The position numbers and the translations under genes were made by a program. Under the pieces are notes generated by a model that did not search any database, had not been told where the DNA came from, and saw only the letters and a list, made by a program, of their open reading frames with translations. DNA of 64,000 nucleotides from Candidatus Planktophila sp. (GTDB taxonomy: Bacteria; Actinomycetota; Actinomycetes; Nanopelagicales; Nanopelagicaceae): the NCBI GenBank assembly GCA_040402235.1, contig JBBAMY010000004.1:6070-70069 (forward strand). The letters are read 5' to 3'. Positions 24,392 to 34,229 of the stretch are shown here, one piece after another; position 1 is the stretch's first letter; the number at the start of each line of letters is the position of its first letter.

Positions 24392-25173
24392 ATCAACTTC
24401 TTCTCACTCAAGAAATCAACAAGTTTTTGACCAGCTGTTCCATCATCTGTGACAACTACTCCTGCAGCACGTGCAGGACGTGGAGCAGAATCAACTACCG
24501 CTGACCAAGATTTCGTGAACTGCGCGCCAGTACTTGCAAAGTCCCGGATATCAATAACCTTTTTCTTAGCCGCCATAATGCCTTTAAAGGATGGATAGCG
24601 AGGCTCATTAATCTTTTCAACAACACTTACTACGCATGGAAACTCTCCATGGACTTCATCAACACCAGCTTCAGTTACTCGTGTAATCGAGACCTTCTTA
24701 GCTGCTGGATCTACCGTAACTTTGGAGGCAAAAGTTAATTGAGCACATCCCAGCTTCTCGCTCATCATTGCTGGCACAACGCTCATACGGGCATCTGTTG
24801 ATTCTGTTCCGCAGATAACGATGTCGAACTCACCTCTAGTGATGACGTTGGCTAAAACTTCAGCCGTCACAACAGCATCGGCTCCTACTAAGACTAAATC
24901 ACTAATTAAAATCGCATCATTTGCACCCATAGATAGGGCCTTTCGCACAGCTTCAGTCGCACGCTCTGGCCCCATTGAAATAACTGTGACTGAGTTAGCG
25001 CCACCTTCTTCATTGCCACCATGTGCTTCTGCAATTCGAAGTGCTTCTTCAACAGCGTATTCATCTAAGTCATTGAGAACAGCATCAACGTTGGCGCGAT
25101 CAAGTAATCCACCAACCATCTTCTTCTCAGCCCATGAATCTGGGACCTGCTTAATGCAGACAGCAATCTTCAT
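24388..25173 (-). CDS. etfB: Electron transfer flavoprotein beta subunit
   Basis: MKIAVCIKQVPD, NEPRYPSFKGIMAAKKK. Confidence 0.96.
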   Translation of the reverse strand: MKIAVCIKQVPDSWAEKKMVGGLLDRANVDAVLNDLDEYAVEEALRIAEAHGGNEEGGANSVTVISMGPERATEAVRKALSMGANDAILISDLVLVGADAVVTAEVLANVITRGEFDIVICGTESTDARMSVVPAMMSEKLGCAQLTFASKVTVDPAAKKVSITRVTEAGVDEVHGEFPCVVSVVEKINEPRYPSFKGIMAAKKKVIDIRDFASTGAQFTKSWSAVVDSAPRPARAAGVVVTDDGTAGQKLVDFLSEKKLI

Positions 25174-25182
25174 AGCCCCAAT

Positions 25183-25198
25183 GTTACTGGCCAGTAAC
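25183..25198. promoter_or_regulatory. Perfect 16-bp palindromic operator over the etfB -10 box
   Basis: GTTACTGGCCAGTAAC overlaps minus-strand TAACAT (25181-25186). Confidence 0.7.
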
Positions 25199-25295
25199 CC
25201 GAAAGGCCAACTGAATCTCAGATTTCACGCATGATTTGCCAACATGTAACCTCAAGGATTACTTGAGTCTTTTGGGGTAACCGACCCTGTGAGCC

Positions 25296-26438
25296 ATGAG
25301 TCAGAAAATGCGCATTGCGATCGTTACCGAGTCATTTTTGCCTCAAATCAACGGCGTCACTAACTCTGTTTTGAGGGTTCTTGAGCATCTTAAAAACCAA
25401 GGCCATGAAGCATTAGTTATCGCACCTGAAAGCATTGATGCCCCCCGTGAATTTGCCGGCTTTCGTATCAAGCGTGTTCCCAGTCTTGAAATGAAAGGTT
25501 TGATTCCTCTTGGCTTTCCGCAACGGGCCTTAGAGCCTTTGATCGATGGCTTTGCGCCAGATGTCATTCATTTAGCGTCACCGATATTTCTTGGAAAATA
25601 TGCAACCAAGATTGCACAGAATCTCAATATTCCGACTTTATCAATCTATCAAACCGACGTTGCAGGATTTGCCCGTCATTACGGCTTAACTGTTGCACAT
25701 AACTCACTGAAGAAGTGGGTCGCAAAGATTCACTCTTCCAGCGATCGCACATTGGCACCCTCCACTTGGTCATGCAAGGATCTAGAACAAAGTGGAGTTA
25801 AGAATGTGCACTTATGGCAACGTGGTGTTGACGCAGTGAAGTTCTCACCAGAAAAGCGCGATATTGATTTGCGATGTGAGCTTCTAGGCTCACGGCCCGA
25901 TCGCAAAATTATTGGATACGTTGGCCGCCTTGCAAATGAAAAACGAATTGATGACCTTAAGGTCCTAGATGTTCGAGATGATATTCAATTAGTAATCGTT
26001 GGCGATGGTCCAGCACGATCTCGTCTTGAAAAGTACTTACCTAACGCCCGCTTTGTTGGCTATCAAAGTGGTGAGAATCTAGCCCGATACTACGCATCTC
26101 TTGATATCTTCGTTCACACAGGCGCTCATGAAACTTTCTGCCAATCAATTCAAGAAGCTCTTGCTTCTGGTGTGCCAGTCATTGCACCTAACTCCGGCGG
26201 GCCATTAGATCTGGTCAAGCACGGTTGGACCGGATATCTGATTAATACGGCAGATTCTGTGGCACTTAATCAAAACGTTAATAATCTATTAAATAAGCAT
26301 GAGCCAGCAATCTTGCGAGAGCGCACGCGCGCCTCAGTCATTGATAACACTTGGGGCCTTGTTAATGATCAGTTGATGATTCACTACAGAGAATTAATCC
26401 AGATGTCAGACCTGCGCATGAAGGAGAATGTGGCATGA
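25296..26438 (+). CDS. GT4 glycosyltransferase, MgtA-like (glycolipid synthesis likely)
   Basis: RIAIVTESFLPQINGV, YVGRLANEK, ETFCQSIQEALASG. Confidence 0.88.
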   Translation: MSQKMRIAIVTESFLPQINGVTNSVLRVLEHLKNQGHEALVIAPESIDAPREFAGFRIKRVPSLEMKGLIPLGFPQRALEPLIDGFAPDVIHLASPIFLGKYATKIAQNLNIPTLSIYQTDVAGFARHYGLTVAHNSLKKWVAKIHSSSDRTLAPSTWSCKDLEQSGVKNVHLWQRGVDAVKFSPEKRDIDLRCELLGSRPDRKIIGYVGRLANEKRIDDLKVLDVRDDIQLVIVGDGPARSRLEKYLPNARFVGYQSGENLARYYASLDIFVHTGAHETFCQSIQEALASGVPVIAPNSGGPLDLVKHGWTGYLINTADSVALNQNVNNLLNKHEPAILRERTRASVIDNTWGLVNDQLMIHYRELIQMSDLRMKENVA

Positions 26439-27583
26439 AGATAGTTCATATCGCCAATTTCTATGGCCCAAGATCTGGTGGAATTAAAACTACGCTTCAT
26501 CAATTAGGCACCGGGTATGTTGCCCGTGGTCATACATTTACTTACATCGTGCCCGGAACTGGCTTTTTCTGTGAAGAGTCAACCAGTGGCACCAAGATTA
26601 CATTGCCCTCCATTGAGATTCCTTTCAGCGGTGGCTATCGCATCATTCGCAATAATCGCGATGTTAAGAAACTTCTCATCACACTCAAGCCGGATGTGTT
26701 AGAGATTTCAGATCGGTTTACTCTCTCAAAGATTGGTGCTTGGGCTGGTCAGCGAAATATCGCAGCAGTTGTTTTTAGCCACGAAACTTTAAGTGGATTA
26801 GCTAAGAATTACTTTCCTTTCTCCCTTAAGCGCATCGTGGATTGGCATAACCGCAGACTCTCATCACGTTTTAAGCATGTGATCACCACAACAGAGTTTG
26901 CTTCGAAAGAGTTTGAAGACATTAAAACCACAAACCTTGTAAGAGTGCCTCTGGGTGTTGATTTAGATAAGTTCTCGCCATATTTACGTAACGAAGATTT
27001 CCGGAAGGATTTACTGCAAGGTGCGCAAGTTCTACTAGTTCACTGCGGCCGCATGTCCCGGGAAAAGCACCCAGCCCGCTCAATTGAAGCTTTGAAGGTC
27101 TTGATTGAACGCGGAATTAACGCACGTTTGATTTATGTTGGTATCGGTCCCATGTATGTAGATTTGCGCGAAAGAAGTAAGGGCCTACCAGTTACTTTTC
27201 TTGGCTATATTGCAGATCGTGAACGCCTTGCTGAAATTCTGGCTTCTGCAGATGTTTCACTTACACCTGGCCCAATTGAAACATTTTGCCTAGCTGCCCT
27301 TGAGTCTCTGGCTGCTGGCACCCCGGTAGTTGCATCTAATACAAGTGCAGTTGGCGAATTCCTTCTAATCAATACTTCTGAACCAGTTGGGGCCGTGGCG
27401 GGTAATACTGGACATGAGTTTGCAAATGCAATTGAGCTAGTACTTGAAATGCGTAAAGATTCCAAACTGCCCCAGCGCTGTTTCCATCAGGCAGAAAATT
27501 TTCCATGGAGCGCAACACTTTCTTTGATGCTCAAGCTTCATGGTGATAGCCAAGAAGTTAAAAGAAGGTTGCGGGCGGCTTAA
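26435..27583 (+). CDS. Second GT4 glycosyltransferase
   Basis: ANFYGPRSGG, CGRMSREK, ETFCLAALESLAAG; ATGA overlap with the previous gene. Confidence 0.88.
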   Translation: MKIVHIANFYGPRSGGIKTTLHQLGTGYVARGHTFTYIVPGTGFFCEESTSGTKITLPSIEIPFSGGYRIIRNNRDVKKLLITLKPDVLEISDRFTLSKIGAWAGQRNIAAVVFSHETLSGLAKNYFPFSLKRIVDWHNRRLSSRFKHVITTTEFASKEFEDIKTTNLVRVPLGVDLDKFSPYLRNEDFRKDLLQGAQVLLVHCGRMSREKHPARSIEALKVLIERGINARLIYVGIGPMYVDLRERSKGLPVTFLGYIADRERLAEILASADVSLTPGPIETFCLAALESLAAGTPVVASNTSAVGEFLLINTSEPVGAVAGNTGHEFANAIELVLEMRKDSKLPQRCFHQAENFPWSATLSLMLKLHGDSQEVKRRLRAA

Positions 27584-28432
27584 GTGGAGCGCGTCGCAAC
27601 CTTCGCAGTATTGGGAGATAGCGCCGCATCTGGCGTCGGCGACACCGATAACAATGGCATTTCTCGGGGTTGGAGTTACTACTTAGCTAAGAATTTCACA
27701 GATCCCCTGGTCTATATAAATTTTTCACGCCCAGGTGCAAAATCAGATGAAATTCTCCATGATCAACTTCCTAAGGCTATTTTGCACTCCCCCTCAATAA
27801 CGGCAGTAATCGTTGGGGGAAATGATGCTCTGCGAAACGGTTTTTCTCCCGAGCGTCTGCATCACAATCTTCGCAGCACCATTAAGCAACTCAAAGCTAT
27901 TGGTTCAGAAGTTCTGCTCCTGCAATTACATGACCCCACCTTAATTGTGCCTATGCCAAAAACTTTAGGCACTGTTTTGCGTCGACGCATCAACGCTGTT
28001 AATCAAGTAACTCAAGCAATTTCTGCAGAGTTTGGGACAGAGATCTTAAGAACCCGTGATCTTGAAGGTATCTATGAAAGAAAAGTTTGGCATATTGATC
28101 GGATGCACCCATCTAAGTTTGGGCATCAATTATTGGCCCACCACTTTCGTGAAATCTTAAGCAAGCGATGGGAAATATCTCCCATTCACCTTGAACCCAT
28201 TGTGACAAAACCAAAAGCTGAATCGATCAAATGGATGCTAAGAAATGGAACTCCGTGGTTTCTTAAACGCTCTGTTGATTTACTACCCGCTGCCATCTAC
28301 CTCATAGCTTGTGAACACTTACGAATGCTGTTCCGTCCGAATGCCCTCGCAAACGCTGTGATTTATTTCCCAGAGTTTGTAAATCACCGAGAAGCCGGCT
28401 TACTCGAAGTATTTGAAGAGCGGGTGTCGTAA
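27584..28432 (+). CDS. SGNH/GDSL hydrolase
   Basis: GDS, GGND and DRMHP catalytic blocks. Confidence 0.9.
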   Translation: MERVATFAVLGDSAASGVGDTDNNGISRGWSYYLAKNFTDPLVYINFSRPGAKSDEILHDQLPKAILHSPSITAVIVGGNDALRNGFSPERLHHNLRSTIKQLKAIGSEVLLLQLHDPTLIVPMPKTLGTVLRRRINAVNQVTQAISAEFGTEILRTRDLEGIYERKVWHIDRMHPSKFGHQLLAHHFREILSKRWEISPIHLEPIVTKPKAESIKWMLRNGTPWFLKRSVDLLPAAIYLIACEHLRMLFRPNALANAVIYFPEFVNHREAGLLEVFEERVS

Positions 28433-28539
28433 TCCAAAGCGCAGCATTTCACGGCATTATTGTGCCCGCCCATACTGCACAACTCTGCTTAGTTACTCGT
28501 ACTAGGTAGTAATCGCCCCATTCGAGTAAAGTAATAAAT

Positions 28540-29448
28540 GTGTTAGCAATTATTGCTCCGGGGCAGGGTTCCCAAACTCCAGGAATGTTTAATTCGTGGG
28601 TAACTAACCCCGTGTTTCATGAGCTTCTATCCAAATGGTCTATGCGTATTGATTTAGATTTAATAAGACTTGGCACAAGTGCTGATGCCGATGAAATCAA
28701 AGACACCGCCAATGCTCAACCACTTATCGTGGCTGCATCTCTATTAGGTGCTCACGCACTTGGACTTAAGAATTATTCATTCACATCAGGTCACTCTGTT
28801 GGAGAACTAGCAGCGGCGGCAATCAGTGGTTCGATATGCGATGAAGATGCGTTGCGCTTAGTGCGAGCTCGTGGAATAGAGATGGCAAAAGCTGCAGCGC
28901 TCTCCCCTGCTGGAATGTCTGCGGTTTTGGGCGGAGATCGCGAAATCGTTTTGAAAAAACTCGAACAACTTCACTTAGTGGCCGCAAACGATAATGGCGG
29001 TGGACAAATTGTGGCTGCCGGTGATCTAGCAGCTCTTGCCGCGCTTTCTGAAAATCCACCTGAAGGGGCGCGAGTTCGAGGGCTAGCTGTTGCCGGAGCA
29101 TTTCACACATCTTTCATGGCACCTGCCGTTGAACCTCTGCGCGCACTTGCTGCAACCATCTCAACTGCCCCAACAACAATCTCAGTCATTTCTAATAAAG
29201 ATGGTGAAGTTCTCACAGATGGTGCACAGGTGCTAAACCGCATCGTTAACCAGATAGCTAACCCAGTGCGCTGGGATTTATGCATGCAAACACTTAAAAA
29301 CTTAGGAGTTACGGGTGTGATTGAATTGCCACCAGCTGGAACTCTGGTTGGCTTGCTCAAGCGCGGTGCTCCAGAGATCGAAACATTCGCTCTTAAGAGT
29401 GCAGATGACCTATCTGCTGCTAAAGAATTTGCAGGAAGGCACGCATGA
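28540..29448 (+). CDS. fabD: Malonyl-CoA:ACP transacylase
   Basis: PGQGSQ, GHSVGE, AFHT. Confidence 0.96.
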   Translation: MLAIIAPGQGSQTPGMFNSWVTNPVFHELLSKWSMRIDLDLIRLGTSADADEIKDTANAQPLIVAASLLGAHALGLKNYSFTSGHSVGELAAAAISGSICDEDALRLVRARGIEMAKAAALSPAGMSAVLGGDREIVLKKLEQLHLVAANDNGGGQIVAAGDLAALAALSENPPEGARVRGLAVAGAFHTSFMAPAVEPLRALAATISTAPTTISVISNKDGEVLTDGAQVLNRIVNQIANPVRWDLCMQTLKNLGVTGVIELPPAGTLVGLLKRGAPEIETFALKSADDLSAAKEFAGRHA

Positions 29449-30464
29449 TTATCAAGACATCACCAACGACTAACAGTGCGATCCTCTCTGTTGGTTCTTA
29501 TCGCCCTAAGCGTTTAGTTCCTAACTCTGAAATTGTTGATCGAATTGAATCAAGTGATGAATGGATTCAACAGCGCACAGGAATCGAATCCCGCCGCTTT
29601 GCTGGCCCGGATGAAACCGTCATAACTATGGCAAAAGCTGCATGTGAAAGTGCACTCAAGCGAGCTAAGTTAACTATGGCTGATATCGATACTGTAATCC
29701 TTTCTACTATCTCTTATCCCTACCAAGCACCAAGTGCTGCAACTGAACTCATTAATGAACTGGGTAATCCCAAAGCTGCAGCTTTTGATATCAGTGCAGC
29801 CTGTGCGGGCTTTTGCTATGGGGTTGGTATGGCAAGTGATTTAGTGCGCGGTGGAACATCAAAAAATGTTTTGGTGGTTGGTGTTGAAAAGCTCTCTGAC
29901 TTTACCGACCCAGATGATCGCGCAACTGCATTTATCTTTGCCGATGGTGCCGGCGCAGTTGTTGTTGGACAAAGCACGGAAGCAAAAATCGGTCCAACTA
30001 TTTGGGGATCAGATGCTGATTCGCGCGATGCAATTTTATTAAATCCTGCATACACAGAGTTTCGAAACTCTCCTGATAAAGGTGTTGCTCAATTAGGGTG
30101 GCCAAATATTTCACAGCAAGGTCAAACCGTATTTCGTTGGGCAGTTTATTCCATGAGCAAGGTTGGTCTTAAGGCTTTAGAGTCTGCTGGCTTAGGTGTG
30201 ACCGATCTTGATGTCTTTATTCCGCACCAAGCAAATATCCGCATCATTGAAACAATGGTGAAAGAAATGAAGTTACCAGATTCAGTTTTGGTAGCCGATG
30301 ATATTCGTGTGAATGGAAATACATCTGCTGCATCAATCCCCCTTGCGATGGATACCTTGCTAGAAAAACATCCCGAGATGCATGGCAAATTAGCCTTGCT
30401 CATTGGCTATGGAGCTGGCCTGGTTTATGCGGCTCAAGTGGTTCAACTTCCGCCTGCGCCCTGA
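29445..30464 (+). CDS. fabH: 3-oxoacyl-ACP synthase III
   Basis: AACAGF, PHQAN, GNTSAAS catalytic triad. Confidence 0.96.
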   Translation: MIIKTSPTTNSAILSVGSYRPKRLVPNSEIVDRIESSDEWIQQRTGIESRRFAGPDETVITMAKAACESALKRAKLTMADIDTVILSTISYPYQAPSAATELINELGNPKAAAFDISAACAGFCYGVGMASDLVRGGTSKNVLVVGVEKLSDFTDPDDRATAFIFADGAGAVVVGQSTEAKIGPTIWGSDADSRDAILLNPAYTEFRNSPDKGVAQLGWPNISQQGQTVFRWAVYSMSKVGLKALESAGLGVTDLDVFIPHQANIRIIETMVKEMKLPDSVLVADDIRVNGNTSAASIPLAMDTLLEKHPEMHGKLALLIGYGAGLVYAAQVVQLPPAP

Positions 30465-30573
30465 GATTTATGACACTTACGCCTGTCTATACTCGTAAGT
30501 AAGCACTCTTTTCATAGAGAATTACCACCTGTTGATCCGTTGAACTATTCGCCGAAGAAAAGGAACACATCAC

Positions 30574-30822
30574 ATGGCACTTGCACCAGCAGATGTACTA
30601 GCAGGACTTAAAGAGATCGTTGAAGAAGTAGCCGGTATTCCAGCTGCATCAATTGAACTTGATAAGAACTTCACTGATGATCTAGAAGTAGATTCACTGA
30701 GCATGGTTGAAGTTATAGTTGCTGCAGAAGAGCGCTTTGGCGTGAAGATTCCTGATGAAGCAGTCACTGATCTAGCCACAGTTGGCGACGCAGTTAACTT
30801 CATCGTTAACGCAGCTAAGTAA
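30574..30822 (+). CDS. acpP: Acyl carrier protein
   Basis: Acidic 82 aa, DSLSMVE phosphopantetheine site, AAGGA RBS. Confidence 0.96.
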   Translation: MALAPADVLAGLKEIVEEVAGIPAASIELDKNFTDDLEVDSLSMVEVIVAAEERFGVKIPDEAVTDLATVGDAVNFIVNAAK

Positions 30823-30842
30823 GTAGTAAGAGCTCTACTTTC

Positions 30843-32078
30843 ATGTCTCGCCGTCGCGTTGTCGTCACTGGTCTTGGTGCCACAACTCCTATTGGTGGGG
30901 ATGTAACAACTTCTTGGTCAGCACTACTTGCTGGCACAAGTGGTGTTCGAAACCTGACTGAAGAGTGGGCACAAAGCCTTCCAGTTCACTTTGCTGCTCG
31001 AGTAGCCGTTGAACCATCTGAACAGATGGAGCGCGTTGAACTAAGACGCTTAGATAGATCTGAACAGTTTGCACTCGTTGCATCCCGCGAGGCCTGGAAA
31101 GATGCTGGTTCACCGGAAATTGATAAAGAGCGCCTCGGTGTTGTTATCGCATCAGGAATTGGTGGAGTTACAACTCTGCTTGATCAATATGACATCTTGC
31201 GTGAAAAAGGTGCTCGTCTAGTTAGTCCACACACTGTTCCCATGTTGATGCCAAATGGTCCTGCAGCAAATGTTGGTCTTGAACTTCAAGCCCGCGCTGG
31301 AGTCCACACCCCAGTAAGTGCATGTGCATCAGGTGCTGAGGCAATTGGTTACGCACTAGAGATGATTCGAAATGATCGCGCAGATATTGTGGTTAGTGGC
31401 GGTGTTGAGGCAGCGATACATGCAATGCCGATGTCAGGTTTTGCTGCAATGAAGGCACTATCTACTAGAAACGATGAGCCGCAGCGAGCATCTCGCCCAT
31501 ATGATCTAAACCGCGATGGCTTTGTTTTAGGTGAAGGTGGCGGAATATTAGTTCTAGAAGAGTATGAGCATGCAATTGCCAGAGGCGCAACGATTTACTG
31601 CGAAATAGCTGGCCAAGGCTTAACTTCTGATGGTTATCACATCGCAGCACCAGACCCAGATGGAGCTGGTGTGCAGAGAGCAGTTAAGTTTGCTCTTCGT
31701 GATTCAGGCTTATCTACAAAAGATATTGTTCACTTAAATGCTCATGCCACTTCCACGCCAGCCGGTGATGTGGCCGAAGCTAATGCTCTGCGCGCAGCCC
31801 TTGGAACAGACGCAGATCATGTTGCAGTTTCTGCAACGAAATCGATGACTGGGCACTTATTAGGTGGTGCGGGTGCGATTGAATCAGTCTTCATCGTTAA
31901 GACTTTGCAAGATCGTTTAGCTCCGCCAACAATTAATATCGATGATTTGGATCCAGCCGTCACTGTTGACGTTGTTCGCGATAAGCCCCGTGCTCTACCT
32001 GCCGGTGATATCGCAGCACTTAATGACTCTTTTGGTTTCGGCGGCCACAACGTCGTATTGGTATTTAAGAGCATATAA
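30843..32078 (+). CDS. fabF: 3-oxoacyl-ACP synthase II
   Basis: SACASG, NAHATST, GHLLG, SFGFGG. Confidence 0.96.
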   Translation: MSRRRVVVTGLGATTPIGGDVTTSWSALLAGTSGVRNLTEEWAQSLPVHFAARVAVEPSEQMERVELRRLDRSEQFALVASREAWKDAGSPEIDKERLGVVIASGIGGVTTLLDQYDILREKGARLVSPHTVPMLMPNGPAANVGLELQARAGVHTPVSACASGAEAIGYALEMIRNDRADIVVSGGVEAAIHAMPMSGFAAMKALSTRNDEPQRASRPYDLNRDGFVLGEGGGILVLEEYEHAIARGATIYCEIAGQGLTSDGYHIAAPDPDGAGVQRAVKFALRDSGLSTKDIVHLNAHATSTPAGDVAEANALRAALGTDADHVAVSATKSMTGHLLGGAGAIESVFIVKTLQDRLAPPTINIDDLDPAVTVDVVRDKPRALPAGDIAALNDSFGFGGHNVVLVFKSI

Positions 32079-33470
32079 ATGCCGACCCCGCAATTAGACC
32101 CACGCGATCCAGAAACCCGTATCGCTCGATTACTCGATGATGGAAAGTTTGAGTTCCTTCTCCCCCGCACTGACTGTGGAATGGTTGCCGTAACCGGAAA
32201 CATTAAAGGAAATAAAGTTATTGTCTTTGCCTCTGATGCCACAATCAAAAGTGGAGCGTTGGGAGTTGAAGGCTCAAAAGTAATTGTCTCTGCCTACAAA
32301 GCTGCAATGGGAGCGCAAGTTCCAATCATCGGCATCTGGCACTCAGGTGGTGCACGATTAAGTGATGGCGTTGCATCATTAGATGCCTTCGGTGAGGTTT
32401 TCCAATCAATGATCTCTGCAAGTGGTCGTATCCCGCAGTTATCACTTGTCCTTGGACCAACTGCAGGTGGCGGTGCTTATGGGCCAGCGCTAACTGACAT
32501 TGTTGTTTTATCTCCTGAGGGTCGCATCTTTGTTACTGGCCCTGAAGTTGTTAAAAGTGTTACTGGTGAAGATATTGATATGGCGTTGCTGGGTGGACCA
32601 GAAGCACACCGCAAGAACAGTGGCCTTGCACACATCATTGCTCCCACTGAACAAGAGGCAATTGATGATGTGCGTGACTTAACCGCACTCTTTGCAAATC
32701 ATGGGGTTATGAACCCTGATGTGGCCGATATTGATCTATCGGTATTTGTTCCGCAATCAAAGGTGCGCACCTATGAAGTACACCCATTAGTTGACGCGAT
32801 TTTAGATAAAGAAACAGAACACATTGAGCTGCTCTCTATGTGGGCACCTAACATGACAACAATTATTGGCCGCTTAGGTGGTGCAACTGTTGGAGTTCTA
32901 GCTAATAATCCAGCACACATTGCCGGTGTATTAGATGCAGCTGCTGGGGAAAAAGCAGCACGCTTTGTCCGGACCTGTGATGCCTTTGGAATTCCACTTA
33001 TTGTTATTGCAGATGTTCAAGGCTTCTTACCTGGCGCAGGTCAGGAATGGGAAGGCGCAGTACGACGTGGCGCAAAGCTGCTGCATGCATTTGGTGAAGC
33101 CGTTGTCCCTCGCGTTACATTAATTACTCGCCGTGCTTATGGCGGTGCCTACGTTGCAATGAATTCAAAGGCGTTAGGTGCAACGCGCGTATTTGCTTGG
33201 CCACAAGCAGAAGTTTCAGTAATGGGCGCCGTTGCAGCCGTTCGTGTATTGCATCGCCGTATTTTGGCAGATCTGCCAGCAGAACAACGTGAGTCAATGG
33301 AGCTAGAGCTAGCAGCAGAGCACGAGAAGATTTCAGGTGGTGTTACACGCGCAGTTGAAATAGGGGCTGTGGATGAGATTATTGATCCTGCTCATACACG
33401 AAGTGCGTTAGCAAAAATTATTGCTAGCACGCCACATCGCCGCGGTGCTCACGGCAATATCCCACTTTAA
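32079..33470 (+). CDS. accD: Acyl-CoA carboxylase carboxyltransferase (beta) subunit
   Basis: SGGARL, GGGAY, AYGGAYVAM, HGNIPL C-terminus; end of fab operon. Confidence 0.9.
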   Translation: MPTPQLDPRDPETRIARLLDDGKFEFLLPRTDCGMVAVTGNIKGNKVIVFASDATIKSGALGVEGSKVIVSAYKAAMGAQVPIIGIWHSGGARLSDGVASLDAFGEVFQSMISASGRIPQLSLVLGPTAGGGAYGPALTDIVVLSPEGRIFVTGPEVVKSVTGEDIDMALLGGPEAHRKNSGLAHIIAPTEQEAIDDVRDLTALFANHGVMNPDVADIDLSVFVPQSKVRTYEVHPLVDAILDKETEHIELLSMWAPNMTTIIGRLGGATVGVLANNPAHIAGVLDAAAGEKAARFVRTCDAFGIPLIVIADVQGFLPGAGQEWEGAVRRGAKLLHAFGEAVVPRVTLITRRAYGGAYVAMNSKALGATRVFAWPQAEVSVMGAVAAVRVLHRRILADLPAEQRESMELELAAEHEKISGGVTRAVEIGAVDEIIDPAHTRSALAKIIASTPHRRGAHGNIPL

Positions 33471-33592
33471 GCTGCAGAAACTTATTTTCTTAACTGCAAA
33501 TCATTCGCAACTACAAGTCAATCTTGATTTCTATCTTGTATTCATACTTGTTAGATTGCCCCCTTACACCTAGCGAATACCAATGGAGAAAA

Positions 33593-34171
33593 ATGTCTGT
33601 CTTAACAAAAGTACTTGAATCAAATAAAAACTATGCATCATCATTTGGAGAAAAAGCCAATCTTGCGCTCCCACCTGCTCGAGGTTTTGCGATTCTCACT
33701 TGCATGGATGCACGACTAGACCCAGCAAAATATGCGGGGCTGGCAGAAGGAGATGCCCACGTCATTCGCAATGCGGGTGGCCGTGCAAGCGATGATGCCA
33801 TCCGTTCACTTGTTATTTCCTACAAGCTCCTAGGCACAAAGGAGTGGTTTGTGATTCATCATTCCAACTGTGGAATGGAGTTTTTCAATAATGAAGTTAT
33901 GTCTGGACTGCTAAGCAAGAGTCTTGAAACAGCTGCTCTCGGTACTGATGGCTTCTCTGATATTGGAAAAGGCCCTGGATCTGAAGAGGGCAAGTTCATT
34001 AACTGGTTGACAATCAAAGATCAGGAAGAATCTGTGACGCAGGATGTGGAGCGAATTAGAAGCCATGCTTTAGTTCCAAATAATATACCTATCTATGGAT
34101 ACATCTATGATGTGAAAACTGGCCTTTTGGTTGAAGTTCCAAGTGCAACAAAAGCTGGACAAGTTATCTAA
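33593..34171 (+). CDS. Beta-class carbonic anhydrase (clade D-like)
   Basis: CMDAR and HHSNC zinc ligands, RNAGG; start moved to ATG 33593 with GGAG RBS. Confidence 0.92.
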   Translation: MSVLTKVLESNKNYASSFGEKANLALPPARGFAILTCMDARLDPAKYAGLAEGDAHVIRNAGGRASDDAIRSLVISYKLLGTKEWFVIHHSNCGMEFFNNEVMSGLLSKSLETAALGTDGFSDIGKGPGSEEGKFINWLTIKDQEESVTQDVERIRSHALVPNNIPIYGYIYDVKTGLLVEVPSATKAGQVI

Positions 34172-34183
34172 CTCATAAATAAG

Positions 34184-34222
34184 AAAACCCCGGCTACTCC
34201 TTCAAGGGGGGCCGGGGTTTTT
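34184..34222. terminator. Bidirectional intrinsic terminator
   Basis: AAAACCCCGGC...GCCGGGGTTTT stem between convergent genes. Confidence 0.85.
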
Positions 34223-34229
34223 ACTTTAA

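Noticed and set aside
28460-28482. TTGTGC-N11-GCACAA inverted repeat upstream of fabD as a MabR/FasR-type site
   Set aside because: Spacing is longer than the MabR-type site as I recall it, and no PucR-family gene is adjacent; may be a transcript-end hairpin
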